Of a stretch of 64,000 nt of DNA, positions 46,631 through 55,578 are shown piece after piece (the stretch's first letter is position 1; every line of letters starts with the position of its first letter). The position numbers were made by a program, and so were the translations under genes. This stretch comes from a virus (Duplodnaviria > Caudoviricetes). The stretch is from IMG/VR virus record IMGVR_UViG_3300025723_000033, positions 2,441 through 66,440 of that record; one strand, written 5' to 3'. A model generated the notes under the pieces. It saw nothing but the letters and a program-made list of their open reading frames with translations, did not search any database and was not told the origin of the DNA.

Positions 46631-47308
46631 ATGGCCGAAGAACAAGAATATAAGCCCACCAAAAGCGAACAGAAAAAAGAAGATTGGATGAATTCCAAAT
46701 GGCGCCCAATGATGGGTTGGATGTATATGTTGGTTTGTACCATGGATTTTGTAGGATTTCCTATCTTGTGGAGCTTGTTACAGGCATACGATCACGGTCA
46801 AGTCACTAGCCAATGGCAACCATTGACTCTGCAAGGTGCTGGCTTGTTTCACATTGCCATGGGTGCAGTGATTGGTATCAGTGCATATGGTCGCACACAA
46901 GAAAAAATGGGCGGTGTTGCCGGAGGCGGTATGAGCTTCCCGCAAGGGGCAGGTACTACATATGTTCCTCCAGGGCAAGGACAAGTTAGTGTAAGTAACC
47001 AACCAGGAATGGGCGGTATGGGCGGAGGTTTTGGAGGATCATCAAATGGATTCGGTTCAACAAGCGGGGGTTCAGCATTTGGCTCGTCGACGTCAGGAGG
47101 ATTCGGCGGCTCCAGTGGCAGTTTTGGTTCAACACCAGTCTCAGGAGGGTTTGGTGCAAGTACAAGCTCTGGAGCGACAGCGTTTGGGAGTAGCGGAAGC
47201 AGCTTTGGAAGCGCACCTAGTGTGTCGGCTTCGGGAGTAGGAGCACCTGCTCCAGCACCTGGAGCAAAACCAATTGGTCCCGCAGCCACTGCGTTTCCGC
47301 CAATCTAA
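46631..47308 (+). CDS. Holin (GTA 3TM-type) with long Gly/Ser-rich tail
   Basis: WMNSKWRPMMGWMY...WQPLTLQGAGLFHIAMGAVIGISAYGRTQEK; TAAATA 46601. Confidence 0.75.
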   Translation: MAEEQEYKPTKSEQKKEDWMNSKWRPMMGWMYMLVCTMDFVGFPILWSLLQAYDHGQVTSQWQPLTLQGAGLFHIAMGAVIGISAYGRTQEKMGGVAGGGMSFPQGAGTTYVPPGQGQVSVSNQPGMGGMGGGFGGSSNGFGSTSGGSAFGSSTSGGFGGSSGSFGSTPVSGGFGASTSSGATAFGSSGSSFGSAPSVSASGVGAPAPAPGAKPIGPAATAFPPI

Positions 47309-47311
47309 GGA

Positions 47312-47500
47312 ATGACAATGAAAAAAATTATAATTTTAATTGCACTGAGTTTAGCAACACTAGCTCATGCCGGCGGTGAATCCAAACAAGTCTGCAAAGA
47401 TGTTGCCAAGCGCGGAAAAACTGTGCAACAATGCAAAACTATAAAAGTGCATAAAAAACTGGAAGGCACAGCAGTTCCAGAAAAGCCAGCTAAAAAGTAA
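47312..47500 (+). CDS. Small secreted basic protein
   Basis: Signal peptide MKKIIILIALSLATLAHA; two Cys. Confidence 0.7.
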   Translation: MTMKKIIILIALSLATLAHAGGESKQVCKDVAKRGKTVQQCKTIKVHKKLEGTAVPEKPAKK

Positions 47501-47535
47501 TTGGCATACTCAGTCAGTATAATTAATGTACTGAT

Positions 47536-48216
47536 ATGATACATTCTTGCTTGATTCCAGACGGCCAAGTCATTATTTTTAATTTTCCCGCTGGTGCCGG
47601 TGGCAAAATGCTGCAAAACTGTGTGGGCATGAGCCGCCATTGTGTGTTGCCTAATGCTGATCATATTAGCTGGCAAATAAACTTCCGGCAGGATATCAAT
47701 CAATTATTTTACCAACAAAAATTAAAATTTATACTTAGAACTATTCCAGATCCGGACAATGTTAAAAATTGGTTGGCCTTTGAAATGGACAAAGATGATC
47801 CCTGCGGTATTGGACTATTTGATTTTAGGAATTATATTCCGGTATCTAATCCAGATATCTATACACTAGCCAAACAAAACCTATGGATGACATTGACAGT
47901 GCACAATTTTGCTGCATCAGAATATTATAAATCTTACTGGCCCACTATAAAGCATGTATGTTTAGTCAACAATGAAAAGTTTGCAAAATCTGCATTACCC
48001 AAAAAAAATAACAAACTAAACTATGACAATGACTGGACATCACTGGGATACACACCAGCAGGATTAGGGTTTGATTTTGACATAGATAGTACTGTATTTG
48101 ATACAAACAAATTTCTGGATCAAGTTGAAATGCTGTATGAATATCTAGGATTTGACGATTTCAAAGCAGAGTACATCAAAGAATACCATACAAGATACAT
48201 TGAATTACATGTCTAA
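47536..48216 (+). CDS. Hypothetical protein (226 aa)
   Basis: FPAGAGGKML Gly loop near N-terminus. Confidence 0.7.
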   Translation: MIHSCLIPDGQVIIFNFPAGAGGKMLQNCVGMSRHCVLPNADHISWQINFRQDINQLFYQQKLKFILRTIPDPDNVKNWLAFEMDKDDPCGIGLFDFRNYIPVSNPDIYTLAKQNLWMTLTVHNFAASEYYKSYWPTIKHVCLVNNEKFAKSALPKKNNKLNYDNDWTSLGYTPAGLGFDFDIDSTVFDTNKFLDQVEMLYEYLGFDDFKAEYIKEYHTRYIELHV

Positions 48217-48991
48217 TCATTATGAAACACTAGGTGTCGACCGTCATGCCAGTGCCGACGAAATAAAACGAGCCTATCGCAAATTGGCCAGCCAATATCA
48301 TCCAGACAAAGGTGGTGACACTCAAAAATTTCAAGCCATACAAGCAGCCTATGCCGCACTGAGTGATCCTCAGAAACGTGCTGCCTATGACAATCCTCGC
48401 CAACAAATGCCTCCAGGATTTGAATTCCATAATAACGGGCCTTTTGACTTCAATACAATATTCAACATGTTTGGCACAAGATTCCAACATCCTGGTCAAC
48501 AAAGAACTCAACATGCTAGGATGGATCTTTGGATTACCCTTATGGATGTGGCACAAGGAGGACAAAGAACAGTCAGTGTGGGCACTAGTCAAGGTACCTT
48601 GGCAGTAGAAATTGAGATTCCGCCTGGCATTGAAGACGGCAATACAGTGCATTATGCAGGCATAGGCCCAGGCGGTATGGATCTTTTGATAACATATCGA
48701 ATACATCCGCACCCTCGTTGGCATCGACAAGGACTGACCTTGGTTACCACTCATAACTTGGTGATTTGGGATTTGATCTTGGGCTGTGACACTGTATTCA
48801 CCGACATGCTAGGCACAGAACTACTCTTAACAGTGCCTGCAGGCACACAACCTGGCACACAGATGCGCATCAAAGGAAGAGGGTTGAAATCAAAGTCTGG
48901 TGTGGCCGGAGATATTTTGGTCAGTATACAAGCACGTATTCCAGAAAATATACCAACTGAAATATTAGAAATAATCAAACAAAAAAGATAA
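48209..48991 (+). CDS. dnaJ: DnaJ/CbpA-type co-chaperone (J domain plus C-terminal domain, no Zn finger)
   Basis: HYETLGV...IKRAYRKLASQYHPDK; GTQPGTQMRIKGRG; start 48209. Confidence 0.9.
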   Translation: MSNHYETLGVDRHASADEIKRAYRKLASQYHPDKGGDTQKFQAIQAAYAALSDPQKRAAYDNPRQQMPPGFEFHNNGPFDFNTIFNMFGTRFQHPGQQRTQHARMDLWITLMDVAQGGQRTVSVGTSQGTLAVEIEIPPGIEDGNTVHYAGIGPGGMDLLITYRIHPHPRWHRQGLTLVTTHNLVIWDLILGCDTVFTDMLGTELLLTVPAGTQPGTQMRIKGRGLKSKSGVAGDILVSIQARIPENIPTEILEIIKQKR

Positions 48992-48992
48992 C

Positions 48993-49736
48993 ATGAAAAA
49001 GGCAGTTATAATTTATCCGCACGGAGGTGGAGGTAGCTGGCTACATAATCTTATCTATCATTTAGAAAGCAATGATTATACGTTGCCAACAGTTGATTTG
49101 GTATTTGACAAAGAAAAAAAATCCAACAGCATTGATTTTTTCCATGGACTTGAATGGTATGAACCCAATGTTCCTACCTTGCTTGATATGTCAAAATGGA
49201 AACGTAAAATACTATTTTCTTGCACGCATTCATTTAATCTGTATATCAACGATTCGCACAAGATAAGATACAATAAAAATATCTACGACTATCAATCACT
49301 GAGTATGATTGATCAGTTTCATAATCTAACAGACAATGCCAGACACTTTGTGAGCAACAACGATTTTAAAAAATTCTATTGCACAAATATCAATTTAGAC
49401 TACAGTTTAATTTTTCAACAACCAAAATTGTTTATACATAATTTATTTGATTTGTTGGACAACCTGCAGTTGGATTACAGTCACAATGTGGAATACTGTT
49501 TGTCCAGCATTGCAAATTATCGTAGCACATGCCTGCGTCCCAATGATCATTATGGCAACAGACAAAGTCTATTATGGTTGGCATGGTGCCATGCATTGTG
49601 CCTGATCGACAACATACACATAAGTGAATTGTTGGATCAATCCAAATCAATGAATGATCTTGCTGAAATTTTTTTGCCGTATCAAGATAGATTTTTATCA
49701 CTGTCGGAGCAGTGCATGTTTGATTGGCATGACTAA
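48993..49736 (+). CDS. Hypothetical protein (247 aa)
   Basis: IYPHGGGGSWL Gly loop similar to the 47536 protein. Confidence 0.7.
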   Translation: MKKAVIIYPHGGGGSWLHNLIYHLESNDYTLPTVDLVFDKEKKSNSIDFFHGLEWYEPNVPTLLDMSKWKRKILFSCTHSFNLYINDSHKIRYNKNIYDYQSLSMIDQFHNLTDNARHFVSNNDFKKFYCTNINLDYSLIFQQPKLFIHNLFDLLDNLQLDYSHNVEYCLSSIANYRSTCLRPNDHYGNRQSLLWLAWCHALCLIDNIHISELLDQSKSMNDLAEIFLPYQDRFLSLSEQCMFDWHD

Positions 49737-49825
49737 TCTTGGCACTATAAATACACCAAATAGGTTGCACTAGTTATGGGTATCAAAGTACAATACAAAT
49801 TGCAACAAATACAATCTACATACAC

Positions 49826-52099
49826 ATGCAAAACAATCCCGAAATTGAGCAAATACTTGAATCTGCAGTGACCATTGCCTACTCATGCAAACATGAATAC
49901 GTGCTCACTGAACATGTGTTGTTGGCCTTGATACGACACGACACTTTTCGATCAACACTAGACAAATATGGTGTCAATGTAAAATTATTTGATCAAGAAT
50001 TGAATGCATATATCAACAGTTTGACCAGTTTGATCAAAGACCCTGCACCTCAACCTAGAAAAACAAACTCACTGGAAAGAGTGTTTAATCGAGCTCTTAC
50101 TCAGGTATTATTCACTGGACGTCGACAGGTATCTGTGGTCGATTTGATGATTGCCATGCTGGCCGAAACCAATAGCCACGCACACTATTTCCTACTTAAA
50201 CATGGAATCAAAGGACAGGAGTTCATTGATTTTTGGCAAAGCACAAACAATACTGTCACTGCTGTCATGTCAGATAATCAGGCCACGCAGATACTTGAAG
50301 AATATTGTTCTAATCTTACTGCACTGGCCAAAGGTGATCAACTTGAACCAATGATTGGGCGCAGTGCAGAACTAGAAGAAATGATCACAGTACTGGCACG
50401 TAGATTCAAAGCCAATGTGCTCATGGTAGGCGATCCTGGTGTGGGCAAAACTGCAATCATTGACGGATTGGCGCAGGAAATTGTAAACAACAAAGTTCCA
50501 GAATTTTTAAAAGGCTACGAGGTATGGAGTTTGGAAATTGGCAGTTTATTGGCAGGTTCAAAATACCGCGGAGAATTTGAAGAAAAATTCAAACAGGTCA
50601 TTGCTGCTTTGGATGCCAAAAGAAACTGTATATTATTCATTGACGAAGCACACACCATGATGGGTGCAGGCAGCAGTGGACAAAGCAATTTAGATTTTGC
50701 CAACATGTTGAAGCCAGCAATTACCAAAGGAAATCTCAAAGTGGTGGCCAGTACTACCTGGGAAGAATACTACGAGTCATTTGAAAAAGATCGTGCTCTA
50801 ATGCGTCGTTTTCACAGAGTGGCCATTGATGAACCAAATTCAAGTACCACAGAACAGATTCTCATTGGACTGAGTCCAAGACTGGAAAAATTCCACAATG
50901 TGTTGATTGCTACAGAGGCTATCTCGGCTGCAGTTGAATTATCGGGTAGATACATACATGATCGAAAAAACCCTGACAAATCAATTGATCTCATTGACGG
51001 TGCATGTGCCAAAGAACGTGTCAAAGATCAAGGACAAGTCACAATTACCCGAGAGATGATCATGGCACAACTAGCCAACATCACTGATATTCCCATTGAC
51101 AGATTGCAAAACGAACGTAGCAACAAGATACTGGAACTAGAAAACAATATCAAACAAAAACTTTATGGTCAGGACCAAGCAGTGGATGCAGTGCTTGAAA
51201 GAGTGTATATTAATTTCTCAGGGATTGGTAATGCTGGACGTCCTATTGCTAGTTTTTTGTTCTTGGGCCCAACTGGCACAGGAAAAACAGAACTGGCCAA
51301 ATTGTTGGCGGAAAATCTCGATATGAAACTGCTCAAATATGACATGAGTGAGTACCAAGAAAAACACACTGTTTCAAGTTTAATTGGCGCTCCGCCAGGA
51401 TATGTGGGATTTGAAGACGGAAATGTAGGCGGCGGCAAACTGATCAGTGATATCAGCAAAAATCCATTCAGTATATTGCTGTTTGACGAAATTGAAAAAG
51501 CACATCCAGATGTGATCAACATCATGTTGCAGATGCTGGACGAAGCAAGAATCACTTCCAGCAATGGCAAAACAGTTGATCTTAAAAATGCCATCATTAT
51601 CATGACGTCTAATCTGGGTGCTCGCGACAATGAATCAAACAGTATTGGATTCAGCACTGCGCTGGAAAAGTCCGGCGAAGAAGATCGGGCCATGAAAGAC
51701 TTCTTCAAACCAGAATTGCGTAACAGGATTGATCGCGTGTGTAAGTTTGCCAAACTTGATACTTTAGCAGTGAAAAAAGTTGTGGTCAAGTTTGTGGAAG
51801 AACTACAAACAAGTTTGGCTGCCAAACAAATTCGATTAACACTAACAGAATCTGTAATTGACATGTTGGCCGAAAAAGGCTACGATAAAAAAATGGGCGC
51901 CAGACCACTGGGTAGGAAAATTGATGAACTTATTCGTGTGCCTTTAAGCAAACGTATACTATTTGATCGTCTTGAAAATTGTACGATTCATGCTGTCATG
52001 AAAGATGACAAAATTGATTTTATCACTGAAGAAACCGCCAAGCCTGTAGTAAACGAACAAGGATATATTGTACTTGATCACTTCAAACCTAAAATTTAA
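49826..52099 (+). CDS. clpA: ClpA-type AAA+ ATPase (two NBDs, no ClpB middle coil)
   Basis: GDPGVGKT, LFIDEAH, RKNPDKSIDLIDG, GPTGTGKT, LFDEIEKAHP, GARPL; TATAAATA at 49746. Confidence 0.9.
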   Translation: MQNNPEIEQILESAVTIAYSCKHEYVLTEHVLLALIRHDTFRSTLDKYGVNVKLFDQELNAYINSLTSLIKDPAPQPRKTNSLERVFNRALTQVLFTGRRQVSVVDLMIAMLAETNSHAHYFLLKHGIKGQEFIDFWQSTNNTVTAVMSDNQATQILEEYCSNLTALAKGDQLEPMIGRSAELEEMITVLARRFKANVLMVGDPGVGKTAIIDGLAQEIVNNKVPEFLKGYEVWSLEIGSLLAGSKYRGEFEEKFKQVIAALDAKRNCILFIDEAHTMMGAGSSGQSNLDFANMLKPAITKGNLKVVASTTWEEYYESFEKDRALMRRFHRVAIDEPNSSTTEQILIGLSPRLEKFHNVLIATEAISAAVELSGRYIHDRKNPDKSIDLIDGACAKERVKDQGQVTITREMIMAQLANITDIPIDRLQNERSNKILELENNIKQKLYGQDQAVDAVLERVYINFSGIGNAGRPIASFLFLGPTGTGKTELAKLLAENLDMKLLKYDMSEYQEKHTVSSLIGAPPGYVGFEDGNVGGGKLISDISKNPFSILLFDEIEKAHPDVINIMLQMLDEARITSSNGKTVDLKNAIIIMTSNLGARDNESNSIGFSTALEKSGEEDRAMKDFFKPELRNRIDRVCKFAKLDTLAVKKVVVKFVEELQTSLAAKQIRLTLTESVIDMLAEKGYDKKMGARPLGRKIDELIRVPLSKRILFDRLENCTIHAVMKDDKIDFITEETAKPVVNEQGYIVLDHFKPKI

Positions 52100-52736
52100 A
52101 ACTGTTGACAAAGATCGATTATTTTACGATCGGTATCAGTACTCAATGAGCATTCCGTTAAAGGAAGCAAATGCACTGAGAAAAGAACTGTCGCATGATT
52201 CCATTGATCGTATCTTACAACGTAGGCAAGCCTACTGGTCAACTATGCCTAATCATAGATCAAGAACAATTGCTCAATTGCATCGAGTTTGTGATTTTTT
52301 ATTGACCATCACTGATGAATATAAACTGGTGTTCTATTATAATCATTGGTTGACAATATATACAAATAGTTTGGCACTGTTTGACCAAGTTGATGCACTT
52401 GATTTTATTGCAAGCAAAACTTACAGTCAAGTAAATGTTAATCGGCCCAGAGACACAATACTATTAAAAAATTCTAAACATACAAAACGCAGTTATTTTC
52501 GAGAGTTTGCTATAACCTCTCATGAAAAAGACATGCTTGCTAATTTTTTTGCCAATCAACAAGATCATGTAAAACTAAGTCCAGGCTTACAAAATTGGTT
52601 GAAAAGGGCACCGTTACATAATTATGTTTTTGATTATTTTTTCATTGATTATTCTGATGATCAATGGATGACTATGTTGAATTTGGTTCGTCCGGGACTG
52701 ATAAGAAAAACAGTTAAAATAATACAAGATAAATAA
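52068..52736 (+). CDS. Hypothetical protein (start uncertain)
   Basis: Long ORF following clpA. Confidence 0.65.
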   Translation: MYLITSNLKFKTVDKDRLFYDRYQYSMSIPLKEANALRKELSHDSIDRILQRRQAYWSTMPNHRSRTIAQLHRVCDFLLTITDEYKLVFYYNHWLTIYTNSLALFDQVDALDFIASKTYSQVNVNRPRDTILLKNSKHTKRSYFREFAITSHEKDMLANFFANQQDHVKLSPGLQNWLKRAPLHNYVFDYFFIDYSDDQWMTMLNLVRPGLIRKTVKIIQDK

Positions 52737-52742
52737 TTGACT

Positions 52743-52910
52743 ATGGCAAAAATACACGAAGAAGTTATTGTTATCAAACTTTCCAAATTGTTAAAATCCA
52801 ACACTGAAGATATTGCAGTGATTGTTACCAAAGACTTGGAAGATGCGCTCACTGCAGTGGCACAAGAGCTGGCTGGCACAGATATCATTGTAGAAGTAGA
52901 ACAGGCATAA
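52743..52910 (+). CDS. Small hypothetical protein (55 aa, missed by ORF track)
   Basis: MAKIHEEVIVIKLSKLLK...DIIVEVEQA; TAAATA 52730; TAATG coupling to next gene. Confidence 0.7.
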   Translation: MAKIHEEVIVIKLSKLLKSNTEDIAVIVTKDLEDALTAVAQELAGTDIIVEVEQA

Positions 52911-53242
52911 TGTCCATTTATACCACGGTCGTTCTCATACCCACTACATCGTCTGGAACAGATATCGTAGGGTATGCAGTACCTGCGGCAAACTATTATG
53001 GCGGTCAAGGTTATATACAGACTTTGACCTATACTCAGGATGGATTTCAAGGCAACATCACTGTGCAAGCCACGCTGAACAATACCATAGATTCGGCTCC
53101 TTGGTTTGACATTGACCATGCCAATGCTGCTACACCCACATCGGCCACTGTGTCAAATTCTGTGATAGGCAACTTCAGTTGGTTACGAGCAGTGGTAACT
53201 AATTTTTCAGCTGGTAATATCACAGTCACTGCCTCTTACTAG
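52910..53242 (+). CDS. Hypothetical beta-rich protein (110 aa)
   Basis: FQGNITVQATL...WFDI...GNFSWLRA. Confidence 0.7.
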   Translation: MSIYTTVVLIPTTSSGTDIVGYAVPAANYYGGQGYIQTLTYTQDGFQGNITVQATLNNTIDSAPWFDIDHANAATPTSATVSNSVIGNFSWLRAVVTNFSAGNITVTASY

Positions 53243-53265
53243 ATTTTTTATATAAATATATTACA

Positions 53266-54594
53266 ATGAATTATCTTGTAATATATCCCGGACGCTTTCA
53301 TCCTTTTCACCGCGGGCATCGTGCCAGCTACGAATATCTTGCTAAAAAATATGGTGAGGATCATGTGTACATTGCCACAACTGGTGTGCAAGCACCGGTG
53401 ACCAGCCCATTCTCTTTTAGCGACAAGGTCCGAATGATCACCACCCTGGGTATACCCTCTGGGCATGTGGTCAAGGTCACTAATCCCTATCAAAGTCGAG
53501 AAATCACTGACAAAATTCCTGAAGAAGAAAAAGCCAACACTGTGTTGATATTTGCGCTGAGTGCCAAAGATGCAGAACGTTTTAATTTTGCCCCCAAAAG
53601 AGATGGCTCGCCCAGTTATCTGCAACCCATGCCCAAGAATCTCAAAAAGCTAAAACCCATGACTGACCATGCTTACGTAGAGATAACTCCCACAGTAAAC
53701 TTCAAAGTGCGTGGTCGAGATGCTAACTCGGCCAGCCAGATACGTGAGTTTTATATCAAAGGCAACAACAATGATCGCGATCAGATCATTGCAGACCTGT
53801 ATGGCGAAGCCTACCCAGAGCTGCGTGACATATTTGATGACCGACTGGGTGTGACAGAACAGGTGCAGAAGATTGTGCGTGAAGCACAGTCAATCAAAAC
53901 TGAGAGAAGCATAGCATTGCTAGAAAGCATATTGATCAAAGAGCGTGGTGCATTAAATGAATTTGCACAAGGTGTGGCGGAAGCAACAGGTGACAAAAAA
54001 TTTGACAAGATGCTTAAAGGTATCACCAGTAAACGAGCAGTAGTTAAACGACAAAAAGCAGATACCAAACAACAAGCCCGTGATGCTTTTGGCGGTATGT
54101 TTGGTGGAGGTAATCCTGCTGATCAACTCAGCATCAAAAAGAAAGGTCTAGCGGAAAGCGGACGTCCAGCCAATACCTTGTATTTCTTTGATGTTGGTCG
54201 TGGCGGACGCAGTTTTACCAACAGTGACCTATTGGCACTGGGACTCCGTCAGTCCAAAGGCGGACGTTGGTACTACAAGCCTGGTACAAATACCAGTGCT
54301 GAAGTGTTGAAATCCACACTGGCACAACTGACCAACAGATTAAATATTGCTCCAAAAGCCTGGCAACCACCCGCCACGGAAAGCATACGTGATGTGTTTG
54401 GGTTTGACGTCAAAAAACCACCAGCAAAAAAACCTGCGGCTCCCATAGATGATTTTACAGCTAAAATGATAGCCAACAAACAAAAAAATCTAAAAATAGT
54501 GCAACCCAAAGACGTCTATCATTCTCCTGAAGAATACACCCAGGCCACTGGAAATAAAATAAAAGAATCCGCCGATTACCTTGAAGAAAAATAG
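53266..54594 (+). CDS. HIGH-motif cytidylyltransferase-like protein with modular C-terminal extension
   Basis: YPGRFHPFHRGH, SPFSFSDK, DANSASQIR; C-terminal modules separated by LNE, GVAE, GLAE; TATAAATA at 53251. Confidence 0.8.
   Translation: MNYLVIYPGRFHPFHRGHRASYEYLAKKYGEDHVYIATTGVQAPVTSPFSFSDKVRMITTLGIPSGHVVKVTNPYQSREITDKIPEEEKANTVLIFALSAKDAERFNFAPKRDGSPSYLQPMPKNLKKLKPMTDHAYVEITPTVNFKVRGRDANSASQIREFYIKGNNNDRDQIIADLYGEAYPELRDIFDDRLGVTEQVQKIVREAQSIKTERSIALLESILIKERGALNEFAQGVAEATGDKKFDKMLKGITSKRAVVKRQKADTKQQARDAFGGMFGGGNPADQLSIKKKGLAESGRPANTLYFFDVGRGGRSFTNSDLLALGLRQSKGGRWYYKPGTNTSAEVLKSTLAQLTNRLNIAPKAWQPPATESIRDVFGFDVKKPPAKKPAAPIDDFTAKMIANKQKNLKIVQPKDVYHSPEEYTQATGNKIKESADYLEEK
53969..53983 (+). 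repeat. 15-bp dispersed repeat AAGGTGTGGCGGAAG (GVAE motif), copy 1
   Basis: Exact copies at 62703-62717 and 63921-63935; one-mismatch core GGTGTGGCAGAAG at 62435-62447. Confidence 0.9.
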
Positions 54595-54645
54595 TCACCG
54601 TGTTATACTAGAGTAAATATTTGACATTTTTTATAAAGGAAATCC

Positions 54646-55560
54646 ATGGCAGACGCTCAACCCACAACCGAAACACCATCAGCTCCCGCTGGTCAACAAC
54701 AGATACAGGTCAATATTGACTATTTAAAAACTACCAGAGTGCATATCTGTATGCCTTGTTACGGTGGCATGCTCACAGAATCAACTTTTATGAGCTATAT
54801 CAAATGGTCAAATGCCGCTCGTCAGCTAGGCATCGACTGGACTATGGAAACTATGACCAATGAAAGTCTAATCAGTAGAGCCAGAAACACGCTCACTGCC
54901 AAATTCTTGCACAACAAAGATTCTACCCATTTGATGTTCATTGACGCAGACATTGGTTGGGAACCATGGCACTTGTTGGTGATGTTGAATCGAGATGTAG
55001 ACGTGATTGGTGGGTTATACCCAATGAAAAGCCTACCAGTAAAATGGTGTGTGAATGGGTTTGAAGGTGCCGAAGAAGGACCCGACGGGTTACAAGAAGT
55101 TACCAAAACAGGCACAGGATTCTTGTTGATAAAGCGCAGTGTGTTTGAAAAATTAGATGCACATCCTGCAGTGAAACCTTTTATCAACGATATTGGTCTG
55201 CCAACAGAACTAAATCCTTACATGAAAACTTATTTTGATACTGCTGTACGTGAAAATCGTTATTACTCAGAAGACTGGACATTCTGCGAAAATTGGCGTG
55301 ATCTTGGAGGCAAAGTATGGGTTGACAAACGTGTATTGCTAAAGCACACAGGAACCTATGTGTTTGATTTTGCTGCACAAGATCAATTGTACAGAGATCT
55401 ACACAGTCTTGCGTTGCAAAATGGAGCAGCTTTGGGTGTAGCTGGCACTGCGGCTCCTGTGGACTCAGTACCTACTAGTCCAGTGGAGGTTCCTCCGCCT
55501 GCACCTGCCAAAGTATTGGCCAGCAGTGCACCCAAAAAGAACAAAACCAAAGCCAAGTAA
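54646..55560 (+). CDS. GT-A fold glycosyltransferase-like protein
   Basis: ICMPCYGG, ESLISRARN, LMFIDADIGW (DxD), GTGFLLIKR, YYSEDWTFC. Confidence 0.8.
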   Translation: MADAQPTTETPSAPAGQQQIQVNIDYLKTTRVHICMPCYGGMLTESTFMSYIKWSNAARQLGIDWTMETMTNESLISRARNTLTAKFLHNKDSTHLMFIDADIGWEPWHLLVMLNRDVDVIGGLYPMKSLPVKWCVNGFEGAEEGPDGLQEVTKTGTGFLLIKRSVFEKLDAHPAVKPFINDIGLPTELNPYMKTYFDTAVRENRYYSEDWTFCENWRDLGGKVWVDKRVLLKHTGTYVFDFAAQDQLYRDLHSLALQNGAALGVAGTAAPVDSVPTSPVEVPPPAPAKVLASSAPKKNKTKAK

Positions 55561-55567
55561 ACGCCGG

Positions 55568-55573
55568 TAAATA
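55568..55573 (+). promoter_or_regulatory. T4-type late promoter, leaderless spacing
   Basis: TAAATA-N5-ATG 55579. Confidence 0.7.
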
Positions 55574-55578
55574 CACTC

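Noticed and set aside
46849-51864. Minus-strand ORFs 46849-47289, 48230-48754 and 51169-51864
   Set aside because: Shadow ORFs opposite the holin, dnaJ and clpA
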